From the NCBI GenBank assembly GCA_039794085.1, contig JBDIWC010000043.1:1-33325 (forward strand): a stretch of 33,325 nt of DNA, read 5' to 3'. Positions 25,697-33,325 of the stretch are shown here, in pieces. The stretch comes from Gemmatimonadales bacterium (GTDB taxonomy: Bacteria; Gemmatimonadota; Gemmatimonadetes; Gemmatimonadales; GWC2-71-9). Both the position numbers and the translations under genes were made by a program. How positions within the stretch are numbered: position 1 is the stretch's first letter; the number at the start of each line of letters is the position of its first letter. The notes below the pieces were generated by a model. The model searched no databases, had not been told where the DNA came from, and saw only the letters and a program-made list of their open reading frames with translations.

Positions 25697-25742
25697 TCTG
25701 GCCTGCGTGGTGGCGCCGCTACGGGAACCGGAACTCCGACCG
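25697..25742 (+). repeat. 46-bp direct repeat, copy 2 (orphan GH38 fragment)
   Basis: Encodes LACVVAPLREPELRP versus LACVVAPLRDPELRP in GH38. Confidence 0.85.
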
Positions 25743-25824
25743 CGGAAGTCCCGCCCCGGAATGGGATGCCGGAATGAAGCAATGAAGGCCGCCCTGATGT
25801 CGTACCAGGTCGCGATCGGATCAC

Positions 25825-25942
25825 GGGATTGCCACGGGCCCTTCGGGCCCTCGCAATGACAGCCTTCATTCAAGGGCGCCGCTGGCGGTGCACCAGGGCG
25901 GCCCACGGGCCGCCCCAAGGGCGGCCCACGGGCCGCCCCTAC
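25825..25942 (-). repeat. REP cluster: GTCATTGCGAG...GCAATCCC element plus tandem GTAG-type REPs
   Basis: 25825-25860 matches the family at 282-317; AGGGCGGCCCACGGGCCGCCCC occurs twice (25895-25916, 25918-25939). Confidence 0.75.
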
Positions 25943-25945
25943 CGC

Positions 25946-27868
25946 CTATGGTTCGTTCTCGGCGTCCTGCCACGCCGCCAAGGCCTCGTCCAGCGCCGCA
26001 CGGGCGGCGGCAAGATCCCGAGCGAGACCCGCGGCCCGGCTGGCCCCCTCGGCGTCCCCCTGGTACAGTGCGCCATCCGCCAGCGCCGTCTCCAACTCCC
26101 TCACCCGGGACTCGGCGGCAACAGCCCGTTGTTCCGCCTCCTCCCGCCGACGCCTCACCGATTCCGCACTCACGGAAACGTCCCGTCGCGGTGGAACCTG
26201 GCGCCGGGGAAAGGATCCGGATGCAGCCGCGGCCGCGGCCGTCGCCATCGCCGCCTCTCGCTCCCGTTCCGCCTGCATCGCCTCCCACTCCACGAACGTT
26301 CCGGAAAAATCCTTCACCCGCGTCCCGTCGAACCACCAGACCCGGGTGGCGAGCTCCCGGAGAAACGCGCGATCGTGACTCACCAGGAGGACGGTTCCCT
26401 CGTAGTCGTCCAGCGCATCCTCCAGCACCTCGATGCTCTCCACGTCGAGATGGTTGGTCGGTTCGTCGAGCACCAGGAGGTTGGCTCCCGAGAGGGTGAT
26501 CATCGCGAGCGCCACGCGGGCCCGTTCTCCCCCCGAGAGCGTGGTGGTGGAGCGCCGGACCTCGTCACCGCTGAAACCGAAGGCGCCGAGATGACCCTGG
26601 ATCTGCCCTCGGGTCCAGCGGGGACGCAGGTCCTGGATCACGTCGTAGATGGCGCGGTCGAGCGGGACACCGGCCAGATCCTGCCGGTACCAGGCCGGAG
26701 TGATGCTCCCCCCCATACGCACGGTACCCCGGTCGGGAGCGCGCGCGCCGAGCAGTGTGGCGAGGAGGGTGGACTTGCCGGCACCGTTGGAGCCGGTGAG
26801 GGCGATGACGTCACCGCGCATGGCAGTGAGGGTGCACTGTTCGACCAGCAGCTTGTCTCCCGCCACGACCCGCACCGACTCGGCCTGGAGTACCTGGTCG
26901 CCCCCACGCTCACCCGAATCGAGACGAAGACTCATGGCGCCGGCCTCACCGGGAGGAGCCGACAGGCGGGGAAGACGATTCAGGCGAGCCCGGCGACCCT
27001 TGGCCTGGGCGCTGTTCTGCCCCGCGATGTTCCGCCGGATGTAATCCTCCTCCTTCTCGATCTGGACCCGTTGCTTCTGGTACGCCCTCTGCGCCGTGAG
27101 CTCCCGTTCGGCCCGCTGAGTCACGAACGCCGAGTAGCCCCCGCGATAGGACGCGACGGTGCCGGCGTGGACATGGAGCACATGATCCACGGTCTCGTCC
27201 AGAAAGGCGCGGTCATGGCTCACGACGACGATGGTCTCGCCGAGATCCCGGAGATACCGGGTGAGCCAGCGCGTGGTGTCGAGATCGAGGTGATTGGTCG
27301 GCTCGTCGAGAAGGAGGAGGTCGGCGGGGGCCGCGAGCGGAGCCGCGAGGCCCACCCGTCCCCGTTCCCCGCCGCTGAGCGTGCTGAGAGGACGGGTGAG
27401 GGATTCTTCGGGATCAAAACCGAGTCCCTGCAGAACGGCGTCCACCCGGGCGTGGAAGTCCCACCCCCCGAGATGGGCCATCCGGTCCTGATCACGGCCG
27501 AAGGCGACGAGGTCGGCCTCGGTGACGCGATCTCCCAGGTCGGCCAGCCGCTCCGCCTGCCGGGCGATCGACGTCTCCAGTTCCATCGCCTCGGCGTACC
27601 CCGCCGCCGCCGCCTGCCACACGGTGGCGGCCGCTCCGAAGTCCCGGTGCTGGTCGAGGAGGGCGATGCGCAGGCCCGGCATGACGGACACCGACCCGCG
27701 CGTGGGGGCGAGTTCCCGGGTCATCAAGCGGAAGAGGGTCGTCTTCCCGGCTCCGTTTCGGCCCACGACGCCCCAACAGGCGCCCTCGGGAAGCGCAAAG
27801 GAGACACCCTGCAGGAGCGTGGTGGCTCCGAATTCGACGGCGACATCGCCCATGGTGAGTACGGTCAC
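25946..27868 (-). CDS. ABC-F family ATP-binding protein (Uup/YheS-like)
   Basis: Two NBDs (GRNGAGKTT, LSGGE, LLDEPTNHLD; GSNGAGKST, LSGGE, LDEPTNHLD), no TM segments, C-terminal coiled coil. Start probably GTG 27868. Confidence 0.94.
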   Translation of the reverse strand: MTVLTMGDVAVEFGATTLLQGVSFALPEGACWGVVGRNGAGKTTLFRLMTRELAPTRGSVSVMPGLRIALLDQHRDFGAAATVWQAAAAGYAEAMELETSIARQAERLADLGDRVTEADLVAFGRDQDRMAHLGGWDFHARVDAVLQGLGFDPEESLTRPLSTLSGGERGRVGLAAPLAAPADLLLLDEPTNHLDLDTTRWLTRYLRDLGETIVVVSHDRAFLDETVDHVLHVHAGTVASYRGGYSAFVTQRAERELTAQRAYQKQRVQIEKEEDYIRRNIAGQNSAQAKGRRARLNRLPRLSAPPGEAGAMSLRLDSGERGGDQVLQAESVRVVAGDKLLVEQCTLTAMRGDVIALTGSNGAGKSTLLATLLGARAPDRGTVRMGGSITPAWYRQDLAGVPLDRAIYDVIQDLRPRWTRGQIQGHLGAFGFSGDEVRRSTTTLSGGERARVALAMITLSGANLLVLDEPTNHLDVESIEVLEDALDDYEGTVLLVSHDRAFLRELATRVWWFDGTRVKDFSGTFVEWEAMQAEREREAAMATAAAAAASGSFPRRQVPPRRDVSVSAESVRRRREEAEQRAVAAESRVRELETALADGALYQGDAEGASRAAGLARDLAAARAALDEALAAWQDAENEP

Positions 27869-27900
27869 GGGGGGCAAGATACCGGATTGGGCGATAGGCG

Positions 27901-28011
27901 GCAGGGGCGACGCGCCAGCGTCGCCCGAGTGTCAGGTGAGAACGAAAGGCGGTAGACGGTTGGCGGTAGACGGTAGGTGACAGGTACTGTAGGGGCGACG
28001 CATGCGCCGCC
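27901..28011 (+). repeat. Intergenic repeat cluster (two GTAG-type REPs and a GGTAGAC/GGCGGTA tandem)
   Basis: GCAGGGGCGACGC..GCGTCGCCC, (AGGCGGT/AGACGGT)n and GTAGGGGCGACGCATGCGCCGCC. Confidence 0.65.
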
Positions 28012-28033
28012 GACGGGTGTTGGTATTGGGTGT

Positions 28034-29281
28034 CTATTCCCGGGAAAGCGGAAGCGACCGGAATTGCTCCGTCAGGGGATAGAGATGGATCTGTTCCACA
28101 TCGTCCTCGTCCCGCGCCACCCCCACGAGCATTCCGTTCCGGACATCATTCACAACCAAGCCTGCGGGCGTGGTCCCGAGGCCGAGCAGCTGACCCGAGG
28201 GAGCGAAGATCCACCATGCCGCGGGCTCGGTCCCGGGAGGGAGTCCATAGCGGTACACCCACTCGGACCAATTCCCCGGATACTTCTGGACCCAGAGCCG
28301 ACCATCCCCATCGACGAGGATCCGGGGGAACAGTGGCTTCACCTGAACCGTGTACTCATCCATCGGACGGAATCCGCGCCAGAAATCGAGCCCGTCCCGC
28401 TGGATCAGCATGTCGCGCGTGGCATGGTATCGCGCACGATCACCCTCGGAAATCGGCTCCGGTTCGGCGAGCCACCTCACCAGGCGCACCAGGCTTCCCC
28501 GCCGGTTGTGGGTCTGGATCTCGGGCACCTTCCCGGTGCCGATGTAAACACGGCTTCCCTGCGTCACGAAGGACGGCTTGTTGCCGAACGGCATCGTCAC
28601 GTGCCCCAGATCGGGCAACCGGAAGGTTTCCAGTCCCGGCACTGTCGACACCGAATCAAGCCGGTCCACCCCGACATCATACCAGGCCACCGTGAAGGGC
28701 ATGGATCCGATCAGTCCCGTCGGTGGTATACGCTCCTGTTTGAGCACCACAAGGGAGTTGCAGTCCTCCGCCACACCGGGGATGTCCCACGGGCGTCCGA
28801 TTCCATTCGGCAGGGCGTGGGCCTGGCGGACGAACTTTCCGTCCTGATCGAGCAGGTGCATGATGCCCCGGTTGAGTTCCACAACCACCACACCGTCCCC
28901 CGCGCAGAGAAACAGACCGTGCATCCACTCGAACTCCCCCGGACCCTGGCCCCTTCGGCCGGACAACACCGCCTGACCTGTTGCGGGATCGATGAACATG
29001 GGCTGATACAATCCCGCGTTCGCCACGACGATCGTTCCACCCGCCTGGATCCGGACCCCGGTGACCCGGTGCAGGTCCCCCCCGGGCGACAGGATCTGCC
29101 GTCGTGATTCATCCACCACGAGGCCAAGAGCGGCGGGGAGTGCTCCGTTCTCGACAATCTCTATGCCGACGCTGTCCCGCACCGTGAATCCGGTGTCACC
29201 CCGACCCGAGGTTCCCCTGCCGCATGCGGCGAGAACAAGGACCAATCCCCAGCATGCCGCATTCAAGACAATGCCCTTCAT
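28034..29281 (-). CDS. Lipoprotein, 6-bladed beta-propeller-like
   Basis: LVLVLAA-C lipobox; VRDSVGIEIVEN, GRRGQGPGEF, ILVDGDGRLWV and RDEDDVEQI motifs; AGGAGG RBS. Confidence 0.82.
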   Translation of the reverse strand: MKGIVLNAACWGLVLVLAACGRGTSGRGDTGFTVRDSVGIEIVENGALPAALGLVVDESRRQILSPGGDLHRVTGVRIQAGGTIVVANAGLYQPMFIDPATGQAVLSGRRGQGPGEFEWMHGLFLCAGDGVVVVELNRGIMHLLDQDGKFVRQAHALPNGIGRPWDIPGVAEDCNSLVVLKQERIPPTGLIGSMPFTVAWYDVGVDRLDSVSTVPGLETFRLPDLGHVTMPFGNKPSFVTQGSRVYIGTGKVPEIQTHNRRGSLVRLVRWLAEPEPISEGDRARYHATRDMLIQRDGLDFWRGFRPMDEYTVQVKPLFPRILVDGDGRLWVQKYPGNWSEWVYRYGLPPGTEPAAWWIFAPSGQLLGLGTTPAGLVVNDVRNGMLVGVARDEDDVEQIHLYPLTEQFRSLPLSRE

Positions 29282-29428
29282 GATTCCATCCTCCTGACCT
29301 CCGGGCCTCGCATCCCGGCGAACACCAAGCCCTCGCTCGAATCATCCCGTTAAAATGGCATATTGAGGAAGGTATGTCCAGAATGCGTTGTTCCTGCAAG
29401 TCGGGCAGGAGTGGGTGTCGGATGGTTG

Positions 29429-30700
29429 TCATGGGCAATGCTCCCTATTCCCTCCTCCCGACTCCCTATTCCCCGCTCCCTTCCCCGCCGCCCGCCCCGT
29501 CACCCACGCCCAGCAGAAGTTGTGACCGCCGATCGGGCCGCAGGCATCGAGGATCTCGCCGCAGAGGAAGAGCCCGGGGTGCCGGCGGCTCTCCATGGTG
29601 CGCGGGTCGATCTCGGCGAGGTCCACCCCGCCGGCCGTGACCTCCGCCTTGCGGTATCCTTCATCGCCGGTCCACGGGAGCGGATAGCGGGTGAGGAGGG
29701 TGACGAGGACCCGGCGGCGGTCGCGGGAAAGCTGGGCGAGGGGAGCCTCGGGCGGGATGGCCGCCTCCCGAAGGAGCTGTGTGGCCAGTCGCGCGGGCAT
29801 CTCCCGCGAGAGGACGGTGCCGACCTGCCGAGGTCCGGTGCGAAGGATCTCGTCCCACTCAGCCGCATCGCAAGCGGTCCACTGGACCAGAAGCTCCTGA
29901 CGCTCGGGGCCGTCGCGAGCCGATTGGACGGCGAGATGGGAGATATCCAGCACGGCGGGCCCGCTGTAGCCCCTGTGGGTGAAGAGAAAGCCGTCGGTGA
30001 CCGTGAGCGGTGGCTCGGCACCGGGTGCCCGGATGGTCACGATGAGTGAGAGGCCGGCCAGGTGGCCGTGCACCGGAGGGTCGGCCAGAAGCGGGGTGAG
30101 AGCCGGGCGCGTCTCGTGAATCTGAAGTCCCAGCCCCCGGGCGATGGCGAGGCCGATGCCATCGCTTCCGGTGGAAGGCACCGAGAGACCTCCCGTGGCC
30201 AGGATGACCGATGACGCTCGCAGAGGCGGACCGGTTTTGCGCAACACCCTCCAGATTAAGCCCCTATCGTCGGGCGGCTGGAGGCCCGTGACCAGTGTCT
30301 CTCCCCGCACTTCCACCCCCGCTTCGCGGACTCGCGCCAACAGCCGGTCGCGGACATCGCGGGCCCGATGGGTCTCGGGGAAATACTTCCCCGTCTCCTC
30401 CTCCAGCACCAGCTTCATGCCGAGTTCCCGCTCGAAGAACACCCGCTGCTCCTCCAGAGGCCAGCTCAGCAGAATGTTGCGCAGGGTGTGTCTCGACGAC
30501 CCGGTCACGAACCGGCGGGGGTCAACCTCCGCCGGGAGAATGTTGCAGCGACCACCCCCGGCGATCAGGATCTTCCGACCCCCATCCCGCATCCGTTCGA
30601 GCAGAGTCACCGTGGCGCCGGTGCGCGCCGCGAACAGGGCGGCCAGGAGCCCGGCGGCACCAGCGCCAATCACCACAACGGGAGGAGCGGGGTCCGTCAT
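29429..30700 (-). CDS. HI0933/YhiN/BaiN family flavoprotein oxidoreductase
   Basis: VIGAGAAG, GRKILIAGGGRCN, ATGGLSVP.TGSDG, LFTHRGYSGPAVL, AEVTAGGV and GEILD..GPIGGHNF motifs. ATG 30700 overlaps the upstream stop. Confidence 0.93.
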   Translation of the reverse strand: MTDPAPPVVVIGAGAAGLLAALFAARTGATVTLLERMRDGGRKILIAGGGRCNILPAEVDPRRFVTGSSRHTLRNILLSWPLEEQRVFFERELGMKLVLEEETGKYFPETHRARDVRDRLLARVREAGVEVRGETLVTGLQPPDDRGLIWRVLRKTGPPLRASSVILATGGLSVPSTGSDGIGLAIARGLGLQIHETRPALTPLLADPPVHGHLAGLSLIVTIRAPGAEPPLTVTDGFLFTHRGYSGPAVLDISHLAVQSARDGPERQELLVQWTACDAAEWDEILRTGPRQVGTVLSREMPARLATQLLREAAIPPEAPLAQLSRDRRRVLVTLLTRYPLPWTGDEGYRKAEVTAGGVDLAEIDPRTMESRRHPGLFLCGEILDACGPIGGHNFCWAWVTGRAAGKGAGNRESGGGNREHCP

Positions 30701-31722
30701 CGAATCACACGGTCGAGACGGGCGGTCAGGTCCTCGACCGTGAGGTGGGTACCCGTCTCCCGCACCTCGTGCACCAGATGAGTCAGCAGAGTGTTGACGG
30801 GCACCGGAACGCCGCACGCGCCACCCCGCCGGACCACCTCGCCGTTCAGATAATCGATCTCCGTTTCCCTCCCTCGCCGGATGCTCTGCAGCGTCGAGCC
30901 GAGCACCTCGCCTCGGCGGCTTACCTGCCGGATCTTCAGGGCCGCCAGCGCGGCAGCCCATCGAAGCGGGAGCCGCTTGATCAGCGAGATCGTCACGAGA
31001 GGGACGTCGGGAAGGCCCTCCAGACGGACCCCGCAGGCCGTGGCGACCTGAATTCCCTCCCGCATCGCGAGCACCGATGCGCGGGCGAGAGGGGGATGGG
31101 AGAAGACCTCTCGCATCGACAGGTTCAGGATTGCCGGGAGGGCATTGTTCAGGTTCACGATCAGCTTGAACCAGCGCGCGCCCACCAGATTGTGACTGAG
31201 GGAGACGGGTACGGCCCCCCGAAGGACCGCGGCCACTCGTCGCACCGTGTCGTCCACGGGGCCCGCTGGGCGGCCGAGCACGAGGGGACCGGGATAATGG
31301 AGGTCGACGATGCCCGGTTCGAGCGCGGTCGCATGGATGTCGACCACGGCGCCGACCACCCGGTCCGCTCCCACGGCGGCGGCGGCGATCCTATCGGATT
31401 GCAGGCCGTTCTGGCACATCACGAGCACACTCCCCGCAAGGCCGTCACGATGAGATGCGAGTGCTGACGCCAGATCCTGGGTCTTCACGGTGACAAACAC
31501 CACCCCCGGCGGAGGGGAGAACGCTTCCCGCACCTCGATCGTGAGGCGCGATTCCCCGGCGAGCGTCCTCACCCGGAGACCCTGATCCCGGATCGTGGCC
31601 ACCTGGGCCCCCCGGCCCACGAGGACCACTGGAACCCCGGCCCGGGACAGGAGTGACGCGAGAGCCGAGCCAATGGCGCCGGCGCCGAGAATTCCGACCG
31701 GTCCGGGTCCCCCATGCGTCAC
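30697..31722 (-). CDS. panE: 2-dehydropantoate 2-reductase (ApbA/PanE family)
   Basis: GAGAIG, TVKTQD, QNGL, WFKLIVN and STLQSIRRGRETEIDYLNG motifs. Confidence 0.88.
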   Translation of the reverse strand: MTHGGPGPVGILGAGAIGSALASLLSRAGVPVVLVGRGAQVATIRDQGLRVRTLAGESRLTIEVREAFSPPPGVVFVTVKTQDLASALASHRDGLAGSVLVMCQNGLQSDRIAAAAVGADRVVGAVVDIHATALEPGIVDLHYPGPLVLGRPAGPVDDTVRRVAAVLRGAVPVSLSHNLVGARWFKLIVNLNNALPAILNLSMREVFSHPPLARASVLAMREGIQVATACGVRLEGLPDVPLVTISLIKRLPLRWAAALAALKIRQVSRRGEVLGSTLQSIRRGRETEIDYLNGEVVRRGGACGVPVPVNTLLTHLVHEVRETGTHLTVEDLTARLDRVIR

Positions 31723-31772
31723 TTCGGCACCCCGGCGGTTATCTTTCCCCCACTCTGATTCAAGGATCTGTT

Positions 31773-33083
31773 GTGCCGTTTGCAGAATTCGGACTTGCGC
31801 CCAGCCTCTGTCGAGGCCTCACCGGACTGGGTTTCACCCGCCCGACCCCCATTCAAGCTGAAGCGATCCCGCCGGCCATGGAAGGGAAGGACCTGCTCGC
31901 CTGTGCCATGACCGGCAGTGGAAAGACCGCGGCATTCCTCCTTCCCATTCTGCACCGGCTCCTCGATGAGCAGCGCCGGACCACCCGGGCGCTGGTGTTG
32001 ACCCCGACCCGGGAACTTGCCGCCCAGATCCTGGAGGACCTGAACGCCATCGCGATTCACACTCCGCTCACGGCCGCGGCCGTGTACGGCGGCGTCGGGA
32101 TGGGACCCCAGGAACATGCCTTCCGGGCCGGCGTGGATGTGCTCATCGCGACACCGGGGCGGCTGCTCGATCACTTCAAACAACCGTATGCCAAGCTGTC
32201 CGGCCTCCAGTATCTCGTGTTCGACGAGGCGGACCGAATGCTCGACATGGGGTTCCTCCCCGACATCCGGCGCGTGCTCAAGCATCTGCCCCCTCGCAAG
32301 CAAACCCTCTTTTTCAGCGCCACGATGCCGCCCCCGATCGCCAAGCTGTCGGAGGACATCCTCCGCAAGCCGGTGATGATCAATGTACACCGGACCAGCA
32401 CGCCGGCCGTCGGGATCACCCAGGCGGTGTATCCGGTGCCCCAGGCGCGGAAGTCGGCGCTTCTGTTGGCTTTGCTCGAGCGGGACGACGTGGAGGAGGC
32501 CCTGGTGTTCACCCGCACCAAGCACCGGGCCAACCGGCTCGCGGCCTTCCTCGTCAAGAACGGGGTGAACGCCGAGCGGATCCACGGCAACCGGTCGCAG
32601 GCGCAACGGACCGAGGCCCTCTCCGGCTTCAAGGCCGGGAAGTACCGGGTCCTCGTCGCCACCGACATCGCGGCGCGGGGGATCGACATCGAGGCCCTGG
32701 GGCATGTGATGAACTTCGACGTCCCCCAGGTTCCCGAGGATTACATCCATCGGGTGGGTCGGACGGCCCGGGCCGAGCTCTCGGGTGATGCTTTCACCTT
32801 CGTGGCGCCGGAGGAGGAGAAGGAACTGCGCGACATCGAGCGCGCCATCAACAAGCGGCTTCCCCGCGTCCTGGTGCCCGATTTCGACTACGCCGCGAAG
32901 GAGGAGGCGGCGCTCGAGGTGCCCCTCGCGGAGCGGATCGCGGCGATCCGCGCGCGCAAGGCCGAGGAGAGGGCGCGGGCCAAGGCGAAGGCGGAGCGTC
33001 GGGCGGCGCAGGGGGGGGGAGGGGCGGCACAGAAGCCGTCGGGGGGCACACCCGCCCGGCGCGGTGGCCGCGGAAGACGATAG
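31773..33083 (+). CDS. rhlE: DEAD-box RNA helicase (RhlE-like)
   Basis: PTPIQ, AMTGSGKT, PTRELA, TPGRL, DEAD, SAT, ARGID and HRVGRTAR motifs. GTG at 31773 after AAGGA. Confidence 0.93.
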   Translation: MPFAEFGLAPSLCRGLTGLGFTRPTPIQAEAIPPAMEGKDLLACAMTGSGKTAAFLLPILHRLLDEQRRTTRALVLTPTRELAAQILEDLNAIAIHTPLTAAAVYGGVGMGPQEHAFRAGVDVLIATPGRLLDHFKQPYAKLSGLQYLVFDEADRMLDMGFLPDIRRVLKHLPPRKQTLFFSATMPPPIAKLSEDILRKPVMINVHRTSTPAVGITQAVYPVPQARKSALLLALLERDDVEEALVFTRTKHRANRLAAFLVKNGVNAERIHGNRSQAQRTEALSGFKAGKYRVLVATDIAARGIDIEALGHVMNFDVPQVPEDYIHRVGRTARAELSGDAFTFVAPEEEKELRDIERAINKRLPRVLVPDFDYAAKEEAALEVPLAERIAAIRARKAEERARAKAKAERRAAQGGGGAAQKPSGGTPARRGGRGRR

Positions 33084-33085
33084 TT

Positions 33086-33110
33086 GTAGGGGCGGTTCGT
33101 GAGCCGCCCT
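33086..33110 (+). repeat. GTAG-type REP downstream of the helicase
   Basis: GTAG-GGGCGGTTC-GT-GAGCCGCCC-T hairpin. Confidence 0.7.
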
Positions 33111-33210
33111 GGTTCAGGGTTCACGCCGTGATCCGCTCGTGGCGCACCGACCTACCGCGCTTCGGCCATGCCGTTTGCACGGCAATTGGAGAAGAACCCA
33201 AACTTCACAC

Positions 33211-33325
33211 TGCGGGTTCAGGGGATCGATGCAACAGCTTGGTGAAAGACTTCCGCCGGGGTGAGAAACCCCAGTGTCTTCCGGGGTCGGCCGTTGAGTT
33301 CGTCGGCGACCCGGTTGAGCGTGCG
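33211..33325 (-). mobile_element. IS30-family insertion sequence, right end (transposase C-terminus 33218-33325 plus terminal IR 33211-33236)
   Basis: The minus strand reads RTLNRVADELNGRPRKTLGFLTPAEVFHQAVASIP*, containing the IS30 LNxRPRKxLGxxTPxE motif. The 26-nt end TGCGGGTTCAGGGGATCGATGCAACA has the IS30-like TG...GCAACA form. Not in the ORF track. Confidence 0.9.

Noticed and set aside
25608..25859. 83-aa ORF containing GH38-like residues
   Set aside because: Only the 15 duplicated codons resemble GH38; the rest runs into REP sequence, so it is treated as a scar rather than a gene.

Overview
GC-rich bacterial chromosomal window; the style of the lipoproteins and intergenic repeats suggests Gemmatimonadota (inference only). 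It holds about 24 real CDSs. Housekeeping/metabolic genes: UPF0182 membrane protein, amidohydrolase plus APC permease, SDR, TetR, DUF481, DMT, GNAT, GH38 mannosidase, ABC-F ATPase, HI0933 flavoprotein, ketopantoate reductase, RhlE-like helicase. Also present: a PIN/DUF6364 toxin-antitoxin pair with a palindromic operator, and the end of an IS30 element. Highlights: (1) a minus-strand cassette (3324-11906) encoding ECF sigma, a membrane anti-sigma, an apparently exported lipoprotein TPR-CHAT (caspase-like) protease and two secreted proteins, bracketed by two related REPIN-like elements; (2) a hidden AhpD-like selenoprotein (CxxU, in-frame TGA at 20232 followed by a SECIS-like hairpin) that the ORF track splits in two and that overlaps the GH38 start codon; (3) a two-lipoprotein islet bounded by a 46-bp duplication of the GH38 3' region; (4) a candidate structured RNA at 84-235; (5) several distinct REP/simple-repeat families. 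All family calls come from motif recognition by eye, without database searches.
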